A program made the position numbers and the translations under genes. Source: the human T2T-CHM13v2.0 reference genome, Homo sapiens. Taken from it: a DNA stretch of 64,000 bases. The notes beneath the pieces are model-generated. The model was not told the DNA's origin and did not search any database. It saw only the letters and a list, made by a program, of their open reading frames with translations. The stretch lies in NCBI RefSeq assembly GCF_009914755.1, contig NC_060934.1; one strand, written 5' to 3'. This document shows positions 13,982-24,950 of this stretch, in pieces. Every line of letters starts with the position of its first letter. Within the stretch, counting starts at the first letter, position 1.

Positions 13982-14525
13982 GGAAAAAAGATCTTAAGTG
14001 CATATTATTTATAGGGGAATTTTGAAATGGTTCCTATGAAACCATTATTATTTTTCATATTAACAGGTAGTTTCTGCACTTTTTAAGCCCCCAACAGCCT
14101 TTTGGTAGAAGCCATTACCCCCAGCATGTAGCCAGTCATGTAGGCTGATCTGGGCTCCATTTCAACATGAATAATAAAAAACGCTGCCGCCCATTAAAAA
14201 AAAAAAAAAACTGAGCAGCCACATTTGGAGACAGCATGTTCTAGGATTCAACCCCAGAGGGAATTTTGATGCTGATATTAAATACCCCCTAAAAAATCAG
14301 GTTTATAATGAACACATAAGAGGCTCCATAATTAAACACTGGTTTAAATTGCACATGTACAACACGCACCAACCTCCCATCTAGACATCAACTTACCCAG
14401 CTGACTCTTACATAAGAAAATAGTATTGATACCAAGATTAGAAATTTGTGGGTTTTTTGTTTTTATTAAGTTTCATAATTATTTTAAGCTCTAGTAACTA
14501 AAAAGGGGGAGGAGGAAGAAGATGA

Positions 14526-14829
<304 letters not shown>

Positions 14830-16099
14830 AGATGATGCAGATTTCTCAACATCTGCAAGCTTGCAACATAAATGGCCAAAAGCAAGGAAATTCCAAGTGC
14901 ATGCTTACATTCCATTTTTCCTTGATACTTTTGGCCTGGTGATTTATTATAGGGTTTCAGATGAGTGTGTTCTATTAGCTGCCATATGTACACAAAACAC
15001 CAGGGGACAAACTGAGGACCAAGGGGACAGCTGACCGTTGAATATCTCCAATTTGGGGATTAAGTTTGAAATGGTTGGTTTGTGAATGGTAGGAGGAATC
15101 TTTAGCCTATGCACTGAGCCTGTCAGCTTGGATGATGACCATGCCCAAGAGTGGAGCCTTACTCCCTGGAGTCCATAGAAACCCTGAAAGCTGTTAGGCT
15201 TTGTGTTTCCTGTAGGCTGCAACTGTTCCCTTCAGGGAGCTGTAAGTGTCTCAGGTTTTGAAAGTTGTCATGATGAGGTTATCTAAACCTCATGGAATCT
15301 TCCACCCTCTCCAAGGTTGACCTTATAATACGAATCACTTCTCACCTCCAACATAGAACGATGTTATTAGCCAGGTGTATTTTTTCTCATTAACTCTATT
15401 TGGGGTTTTTGGTTTGGATTTTATTGTTTTCATCGCTTTTAGTTTTTGGTGTTTTCAATATGAAGCGGTGAACTCAATGGAGATACAAAGGGTGAGAAAT
15501 TCCCTCTAGTTGAATCCACTATATTCAAGTAATGGGATTGCAAGTTGCATGGTGGGAAGTTAACATTTAACATACTAAGCAGATCATAAAATGTCTTACT
15601 AGAAAAAAAGTCCTTTACTTTTTTCTGCCTAGCTTTCAAAGACTTCCTAAACCTGTTTTACAACCCGAAGCATGGGACTCTGATATAACTGCAGTTCTAC
15701 ATCATAGAAACTTCAATGAGACTGAGTATCCCTCATTGCCCTGCGTCAAACTATAGCCCCATAAGAAACTAACAATTAGATGCAATTTGCCTTTTTCCCT
15801 TGCCATACTCATTTGTCTTTATTTTTATGTCATGTATAAGCTCAAGAGACCAATGTGATGATTATTAATGTAGAAGAAGTAATGATATTTGTACTGGAAA
15901 AGGCAGCTACTAGTACAAAAAATAAAAAGAAATGATGATGATAAGCAAAGTCTCTTAGGTATAACATGTCCCTAAAATTCAGGGTTTTTTTTTTAAAGGG
16001 ATTTAAGGAAAAATACCTGTGAAATAGGTGTGATTTCTTAAAACTTTTGTTCCCACGTATTCCTAAACCAGCATCCTCAATCTTACCCAAAGATGCTAA

Positions 16100-16470
<371 letters not shown>

Positions 16471-17523
16471 CATCTTTTCTTAACAGAGAAGAACAAAGTT
16501 CAAGGGATGAGATGGAAAAAGGAGGGGAAGAATACCAGCTCAGTACAACTGTTTTGTGACTGCTCTGCTAAGACATGTCAGGGCAGAATGACAGCAGTTT
16601 TGAAAGGGCTTGTCAGTCAGCTGGGTCATAGATGGAAAGTTAAAATGACCTCCTAAGGTCAAAGTTTATATGGCTGCATAATGCAGTAAATGGGTCGAAT
16701 TGGTACCCACAACTTCTGTCAGTAGGGTCACATAAGGAGTGTGTCTGTCTCATTGACTATAATTTATTTCATTCAACAGCAAAGCTATATTTGCGGTGGC
16801 ACTGACTGTCTGAATTTTGACAACTTCATTTTGGGCTTTAATAGAAATGTAGTTTGCTGCAACCTAGAAGGACTTAGTCTCCTCTGTCCCTCTGGTAGAC
16901 AGGCTGCCAAGAAATCTTCATACTTTGTCAATATTTTAGCATTATCTGCATGTCATCTGGCCCTGAGTAGAAATTATTAACACTTATGCATTGCTAATCT
17001 TCAGTGCATCATATTGAATACATTGGGAAGGGATTTGCCCTGTTAAGGAAAGCAGGGAGTTGCAATAGGTTTGTTGTTTGTCGTTAACATGGGGTTGGTT
17101 GGATTTTTGAAAGAGAAATGCTTTAAAAAAATCTTTCTCAGGAGTATCATAAAACACAACATGTAATTTAAAACCCATTTGGATAATTGACTGATTTGAC
17201 AAGAAGACAACCTTAGAATTAAACTATATATTAGAATCAAGGAGTGATATGATTGTATACCATCAGTACATAATACTTTGCTATTTTGATAGGTATCTCA
17301 TAAGGGACTGAAGCGAATATGCATATTTCCCCTAATGTTTCTGTAATTTAGATTTCTTTGTTTAGAGCCATGATTGGGGAGTAATAAAGCTTTACAGAAA
17401 CTTCACGAGCTGATTGACAAGCCTGTTTTCAAGTAAAACTGCTGTGTGGAATATTTTATTTCATAGCAAAACATGTCTGTGTATTTGGTTTTCTTCTGAC
17501 TGTCTTTTGAAATATGTTACCAG

Positions 17524-19692
17524 GTTTCATCAGAGCAAGAAAAAGAACAAGAGACTTTAATAAGCCAGAAAAGCATCCCTGAGCCTCTCCCAGCAGCAGA
17601 CATGAAGAAAAAAATAGAAGGGTATCAGGAATTTTCAGCGAAGCCCCTGGCATCCAGAGTAGACCCAGAGAAGGACAACGAAACAGACCAAGGTTCCAAC
17701 AGTGAGAAGGTGGCAGAGGAGGCGGGAGAGAAGGGGCCCACACCTCCACTCCCAAGTGCTCCTCTGGCCCCAGAAAAAGATTCAGCCTTGGTCCCTGGGG
17801 CCAGCAAACAGCCACTCACCTCTCCTAGTGCCCTGGTGGACTCAAAACAAGAATCCAAACTGTGCTGTTTTACAGAGAGCCCTGAAAGTGAACCCCAAGA
17901 AGCATCCTTCCCCAGCTTCCCCACCACACAGCCACCGCTGGCAAACCAGAATGAGACGGAGGATGACAAACTGCCCGCCATGGCAGATTACATTGCCAAC
18001 TGCACCGTGAAGGTGGACCAGCTGGGCAGTGACGACATCCACAATGCGCTCAAGCAGACCCCAAAGGTCCTTGTGGTCCAGTCGTTTGACATGTTCAAAG
18101 ACAAAGACCTGACTGGGCCCATGAACGAGAACCATGGACTTAATTACACGCCCCTGCTCTACTCTAGGGGCAACCCAGGCATCATGTCCCCACTGGCCAA
18201 GAAAAAGCTTTTGTCCCAAGTGAGTGGGGCCAGCCTCTCCAGCAGCTACCCTTATGGCTCCCCACCCCCTTTGATCAGCAAAAAGAAACTGATTGCTAGG
18301 GATGACTTGTGTTCCAGTTTGTCCCAGACCCACCATGGCCAAAGCACTGACCATATGGCGGTCAGCCGGCCATCAGTGATTCAGCACGTCCAGAGTTTCA
18401 GAAGCAAGCCCTCGGAAGAGAGAAAGACCATCAATGACATCTTTAAGCATGAGAAACTGAGTCGATCAGATCCCCACCGCTGCAGCTTCTCCAAGCATCA
18501 CCTTAACCCCCTTGCTGACTCCTACGTCCTGAAGCAAGAAATTCAGGAGGGCAAGGATAAACTCTTAGAGAAAAGGGCCCTCCCCCATTCCCACATGCCT
18601 AGCTTCCTGGCTGACTTCTACTCGTCCCCTCATCTCCATAGCCTCTACAGACACACCGAGCACCATCTTCATAATGAACAGACATCCAAATACCCTTCCA
18701 GGGACATGTACAGGGAATCGGAAAACAGTTCTTTTCCTTCCCACAGACACCAAGAAAAGCTCCATGTAAATTATCTCACGTCCCTGCACCTGCAAGACAA
18801 AAAGTCGGCGGCAGCAGAAGCCCCTACGGATGATCAGCCTACAGATCTGAGCCTTCCCAAGAACCCGCACAAACCTACCGGCAAGGTCCTGGGCCTGGCT
18901 CATTCCACCACAGGGCCCCAGGAGAGCAAAGGCATCTCCCAGTTCCAGGTCTTAGGCAGCCAGAGTCGAGACTGTCACCCCAAAGCCTGTCGGGTATCAC
19001 CCATGACCATGTCAGGCCCTAAAAAATACCCTGAATCGCTTTCAAGATCAGGAAAACCTCACCATGTGAGACTGGAGAATTTCAGGAAGATGGAAGGCAT
19101 GGTCCACCCAATCCTGCACCGGAAAATGAGCCCGCAGAACATTGGGGCGGCGCGGCCGATCAAGCGCAGCCTGGAGGATTTGGACCTTGTGATTGCAGGG
19201 AAAAAGGCCCGGGCAGTGTCTCCCTTAGACCCATCCAAGGAGGTCTCTGGGAAGGAGAAGGCCTCTGAGCAGGAGAGTGAAGGCAGCAAAGCAGCGCACG
19301 GTGGGCATTCCGGGGGCGGATCAGAAGGCCACAAGCTTCCCCTCTCCTCCCCTATCTTCCCAGGTCTGTATTCCGGGAGCCTGTGTAACTCGGGCCTCAA
19401 CTCCAGGCTCCCGGCTGGGTATTCTCATTCTCTGCAGTACTTGAAAAACCAGACTGTGCTTTCTCCACTCATGCAGCCCCTGGCTTTCCACTCGCTTGTG
19501 ATGCAAAGAGGAATTTTTACATCACCGACAAATTCTCAGCAGCTGTACAGACACTTGGCTGCGGCTACACCTGTAGGAAGTTCATATGGGGACCTTTTGC
19601 ATAACAGCATTTACCCTTTAGCTGCTATAAATCCTCAAGCTGCCTTTCCATCTTCCCAGCTGTCATCCGTGCACCCCAGTACAAAACTGTAG
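17524..19692 (+). CDS. ARID5B: ARID5B terminal exon coding part (722 aa plus TAG), AT-rich interactive domain protein 5B (MRF2/DESRT) C-terminal region
   Basis: VSSEQEKEQETLISQKSIPEPLPAAD precedes the 696-aa ORF 17602..19692 in frame. Contains the ARID5-family GNPGIMSPLAKKKLL motif and ends SSVHPSTKL*. Confidence 0.98.
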   Translation, partial: VSSEQEKEQETLISQKSIPEPLPAADMKKKIEGYQEFSAKPLASRVDPEKDNETDQGSNSEKVAEEAGEKGPTPPLPSAPLAPEKDSALVPGASKQPLTSPSALVDSKQESKLCCFTESPESEPQEASFPSFPTTQPPLANQNETEDDKLPAMADYIANCTVKVDQLGSDDIHNALKQTPKVLVVQSFDMFKDKDLTGPMNENHGLNYTPLLYSRGNPGIMSPLAKKKLLSQVSGASLSSSYPYGSPPPLISKKKLIARDDLCSSLSQTHHGQSTDHMAVSRPSVIQHVQSFRSKPSEERKTINDIFKHEKLSRSDPHRCSFSKHHLNPLADSYVLKQEIQEGKDKLLEKRALPHSHMPSFLADFYSSPHLHSLYRHTEHHLHNEQTSKYPSRDMYRESENSSFPSHRHQEKLHVNYLTSLHLQDKKSAAAEAPTDDQPTDLSLPKNPHKPTGKVLGLAHSTTGPQESKGISQFQVLGSQSRDCHPKACRVSPMTMSGPKKYPESLSRSGKPHHVRLENFRKMEGMVHPILHRKMSPQNIGAARPIKRSLEDLDLVIAGKKARAVSPLDPSKEVSGKEKASEQESEGSKAAHGGHSGGGSEGHKLPLSSPIFPGLYSGSLCNSGLNSRLPAGYSHSLQYLKNQTVLSPLMQPLAFHSLVMQRGIFTSPTNSQQLYRHLAAATPVGSSYGDLLHNSIYPLAAINPQAAFPSSQLSSVHPSTKL

Positions 19693-22600
19693 GCTCAGCT
19701 CTGCCCAGCAGTCCAAAGCGGCATGGCCAACAGAGCTTCACTCCTTACCCAGGAGTGCTGGCTTATAGAGTTAGAAGTCAGTATTTCTTCTAATCTGAGG
19801 CTATGATCAGTCCCAGCTGTAGGGGCCCAGAGGGGAGGTGAACATGCCTGATTTTTGTGGGACAACTGTAGCCCACAAACTGACTGGCTGGTGAGTCTTG
19901 ACTCCCTTCCAACACAGATGCCCAGGCACCTCCAGATCATTCACTTCGCACGTGGGCCTTGTGAAGGGATTTGTGAATATCCAGGAAGAACTTAGAGGAC
20001 CCCATCTGAGTTCGGATGGTCAGGAAACAATCTGGGCAAAAAAGAGGCAGGCATTTCAAAGGAAGGGGCAAGGAAGACTGGCAAACAGATGGCAAGGGAT
20101 GCCCCTCTTTTTCATAAAACTCTCCAAGGTTCAATCAATGCAATGTATAGTGAAACTTCAATAGATCTTTCATTTTGACACTATTAAACAATCCAGAGAA
20201 GTAAACACTGTTAAATTGACTGTATATATTTGCTTCTTAAAACTACCTGTATCACTGTTTGCTCACCTAATTTATATACAGGTAGTTCCATTTTCTCCCA
20301 GTTCCTTCTCGTCTTTTTTTTTTTTTTTTTTTTTTTTTTATTAAATGGTATTGCTTTTGTTTGCAGGTCTTTTTGTTTTTGTTTTGTTTTTGAGGCTGAC
20401 TGACTGTCCTAGTTGTTGTGTGTTTGTAATTTTTCCACATCTTATTTTGAGCAGCTTTGGGTGGTAAAGTTATTGTTTACAAATTGAAGCAACTGATTCT
20501 AGTGGAACAAATGAAAAAGAAACAGTCAAGCACACAATAGTGCAAAGAACGTTCCTTTGTAGATCCGCAACTTAAGGATTTTGTTCCTCATAAATGGCAT
20601 AGTTGAAAGAGCTTATACACTGCTTACCCAGCCAAATGCTTTGCTTTGAAGTATTGGGTTCTGTGAAAATATTGAGCATTGTACTTACCTTATCTAGGCT
20701 GTGAAACTGTCCTACATACCAGAGAATCATAAAAACAAAAACCTCACTGGCAGCAAGCTGCCGAATAACAACAGAGTCTAGAGGACATATTTGTGGGCTG
20801 CACAGATATTTTAGGAATTTCAGAAATTAGAACAGGAGCCAAAATGATTTACATTGGCGTTGGCACTGATTCCTTTAAATGGTCTGGGAAAGGGGGTTGG
20901 GAAGAGGATGGAGCTCAACTGGCCAGAAGAGGAGCAGCTGCAGTCCTGATAGCTTCTCTAGCCTCGGTCTTTTGAGTGATAAGTAGTCATGTTGTTTTCA
21001 TCCAGTTGGTTTCTTGTCATTCCCAAGAAGAATCTCCCAGGCCACATCTTTGGGGATAACTGACATACTGGATTAGCCTTTTCAAAAGAAAAGTCATCCT
21101 ATTTGGTTTTATGGGGTGTGAGTTTTGTGTGTACACACACAGAAACATGTAAGGTGGTTTGGGTCATGTTTTTAACCACCTGGCAATACAGTCCACTTTC
21201 TGGTTTCTTTTATTGTGGGAAGTAAATGGTCAAGCTGCTCAGGCAGTGAAAAGATGTGGAGAATGTCCGTTGTCATTCTTGCCACTGTATTCCATTTGCT
21301 ACCGAGATATAACATTAAGGTGGACACATTTTCTAACTGTATTAATTAAAAGTCAATGGATACAGAGAGTGGATTTTCTCCCCAAGTCCCATCCCTGCTG
21401 AAGACCGCTTGGATGAACTCCCCAACCCACTGTGCCCCTCCCGCAACACTACCAGTAGACTTTAGAACCATAGTTAACTAAGTCTTTTACCTCTGAGATA
21501 CTTAATTCTGGGAAAATTGGTGACAATTTTCAACTTCTAAATAGGTAACTCGACTGCAAAATAATCAAAACTGATAACAATGAAACTGCGGCTCTTAAAC
21601 AAAGCCATGCATGCCGTGCATTTGTATTGAAATGTCTCCATGATATGAAGCCAAATATTCAATGTAACATACTTAATATCCAAAGGTGGAAACAAAAGAA
21701 TGTAGAGATCCAGTGTTAAGAGTTCCATTTGCTTCAATTAATTATTTACCTTCCTGTGGAATAATATATATATATATATTTAATAGAACCATAGATAGAC
21801 TAGTAGAATTTAGATTATAAATGTGTGAGTGCAGATTATCCTGCTATTGCACAAGCTAGAGGGGGGAAAAATCTCAATTCCAGCTGGCAAGATGCTAGCC
21901 AGGACACATATAAGAAAGTTGCACTAGATTGAATGGTCACAGAATCGGAGGACATGGAAGAAAAAGGAAACTTCGGTGGTTCTGCAGCAGACATGGGCTA
22001 GGTCATATGTGGTTTCTATGAGTTCGTGTCTCAAAAAAAAAAGGAGGGGGGGCATCTGTCCCCGGTGGAGCTCACCTATTTGGAATATGGGGCATTTGTT
22101 TTTTCCACTGCAATGATTTCAGTCTGGTTTCATCATGTTGGAATTCGATCACACCATTTTCAAACAATGTTAACATAGTCCAGCTTTTGTTTTTCTCATC
22201 TCTTCTGAGAGGAGACTCACTGTTTCTGTCTGAGGAAGCTCATACCCTCGGCAAAACATCAGGACAAATAAAGAGAAATGGGGGTACGCATTCCCAACAG
22301 AAGCAGTGTGTTATTTGTTTTAAAACTCTGAACAGAGATCTTGGAAATCTTTCAAAAAGACCATTGAATTCTTCATTGGCTGAGAACGACGTTTTAAAAT
22401 GTCTTAAATAAGGCTTTGTTTGCATTGTTTGAGTTCAAGGGGCCTTATTATTGAATGGAATTGCACAAGCCTTTCTTTGTGCAATCAAACCATTGTTATT
22501 GGTAGTTCTGTAAAGGAAACTGTGGAATCGAATTGGCAGTGGAGTCATAAATCTATTTACTGAGTGTGGCTTCCAAGAAATGTTGCAATTCAAAATGCAC

Positions 22601-23605
22601 TAAGTCTGTGATTTATTGGAGATTTGGAGATTCTAAATAATATTTTTAAAAAACTTCCATGCAACTTCTGGTTTAATGTTTGGCAACTCCACATGATAAA
22701 AAAATAAAAACAGCCCAACCGAGTTTCGGAATTAAGTATTCTTCTAGTAAGTGATTCAAACTTGTAATATTTGCCACAGGACTGACTTATTTATTTACTA
22801 GCTAGAAGCTCTTAAGTTCACTTGTTTATCAGGGCATATACAGAAGGGTTTGTTAAAACTCGATGTTAACTTTACAACTTTCTGACCTGGTGCATGAATT
22901 CTCAAGTACTGTATTTCACTGTGTTGGTGTGTCTGATGGAAATTTCGAGGTGGTCCCACAAAAATATTTTATGTAGTGTGCCTTCAAAGAGAACCATTTA
23001 TTTCTCTTCACTTATCGTCCCACAAAGTCACATTTGGTGGTGGTCAGCCAAGTCGCATCTGGTCTAGTTTTACTCTTGTCCCAATTTTAAAGAGAAATGG
23101 GAATGAGTTTGCCCTGGTGAGACCCATACCATTGCAATGATTATCTTGAGCACTTAAAGTCCAGTGTTGGCTGTTAGTGTATTTGATATTCTGCCTGTCT
23201 CCTCATGGTTGAAATATGTCTGAAGAATAGCAGCATAATCTCTTGGCTGTTTATACTTTTTTAAACTTTCCTGTGTTGTAAATATTGTATACTTTTGGTG
23301 ATTCCAGCTATGTAACCTCTATGCTCTGTAAGGTGATTATTTGTATATAGCAACATGGCCCAGTGATATTATATAGTTTCCCAATGGAGAGGTTATTGAG
23401 TAACCTTTGCATTAGTTTAAACACTACCAGAAGAATGCTGAGCCAACTATAAACACTCAATTTTGTATGTTTTCCAAATTGTACTTATTACTGCTTTTGA
23501 TACTGTATTACGTGCCAATAGTTTCCCAATCACATAGCAGGCAAGAGATATTTTGTACTTTTTGATCCACTGTAATATTTAATAAAAAATGTTACTATCT
23601 GTTTC
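19693..23605 (+). other. ARID5B: ARID5B 3'UTR (~3.9 kb, no recognisable transposons); end position approximate
   Basis: Runs from the stop codon to the AATAAA at 23581. AU-rich with many miRNA-seed and UGUA motifs. Repeats resume at ~23700. Confidence 0.88.
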
Positions 23606-23620
23606 CTTTTGGGTGTGAGT
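23581..23620 (+). terminator. ARID5B: Major polyadenylation signal
   Basis: AATAAA 23581-23586, upstream TGTA cluster, downstream U/GU-rich TTTTGGGTGTG. Confidence 0.85.
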
Positions 23621-23699
23621 AATCTGTCACTCTTCCTGAGGAGCCTGTGGCCTCCCCAGAAGACTTTCCACCCCATCTGTCCAAATTGAATGATAACAG

Positions 23700-23895
23700 T
23701 AATGATGGCAATGTCTGTAATTCACTAAGGACCTAGTGGGTGCCCATTTGGCAAATATCTCTTATCTTCACAACCTTATGTAAATATGGTTATACCTATT
23801 TTACTTATGAGAAAACTAAAGCTTAGAGAGGTAAATCAACTGGTCCAAGATCACCCAACAGATGGCAGAGTCAGGATTTGAAGCCAGGGCTCTCA
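23700..23895 (-). mobile_element. MIR
   Basis: ATTTTACTTATGAGAAAACTAAAGCTTAGAGAGGTAAA..CCAAGATCAC..GGCAGAGTCAGGATTTGAAGCCAGG. Confidence 0.8.
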
Positions 23896-23936
23896 TCTAT
23901 GTACTTCCTTTGTATACCATCCTCCTCCGCTGGTAG

Positions 23937-24272
<336 letters not shown>

Positions 24273-24285
24273 AAGTTATTGTTTT

Positions 24286-24950
24286 TTATTCAGTCAACAA
24301 AGATTTACTCATGCCCCAATTGCCAGGCATAGTATTAGGAGCTGGGAATACAATGGTAAATAAAATATAAAATATTGTCTCTGGGAGCTTATAAATCTTA
24401 TGGGAAAGAGAGTTCATCAAATAGTCATTCCTATAAATTCAAAACTTCAGTGTGACTGAGTTCCAGGAGAGGAGTTTGAGGAGTATAATGACACACAAAG
24501 AGGAGGTGGTGACTAAAGTGACTGGCTGAGTATGGGAGGGAAGGAATTGGGAGGAGGGTAGGTCAAGCACAGGGTACCACATGTGCAAAGGCCCTGAAGC
24601 AGGAACGAGTTTGGCTTATTAGAGGAATTGAGAAAAGCCTGTGGGGCTTGATTGCATTGTTGAAGGAGTGAGGTTAGAGAGCGTAGCAGGGGCCAGGCGG
24701 GTAGGTCCCAATAGACCAGATTGATTTGATCAATTTTCTCTTTATCCTAAGCAAGAAAGATTTGTCTTTTTCAATATCATCCTGTGGCTGTTGTGTGAGG
24801 GGAACTTAAGAGCAATCTAACATGAGTGAGGTGGTGGTCATTTCAATGGGGTGATGGAAGGTGAGAGTGGACACATTTCAGAGGTACTTAGAAGGAGGAA
24901 TGAGCAAACATGGTGATTAATTAAATAGGGCAATTGATGGAAAGATACTC
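24286..24950 (-). mobile_element. L2 fragment
   Basis: ATTCAGTCAACAAAGATTTACT..TGCCAGGCATAGTATTAGGAGCTGGGAATACA..ATGTGCAAAGGCCCTGAAGCAGGAA. Confidence 0.75.

Noticed and set aside
17602-17604. ATG of the 696-aa ORF as a gene start
   Set aside because: It is an internal Met. The frame extends 26 codons upstream to a splice acceptor and joins the previous exon.
17456-19506. Antisense and alternate-frame ORFs (61-170 aa) overlapping the last exon
   Set aside because: Expected shadow ORFs of a GC-richer coding exon, with no recognisable domains.
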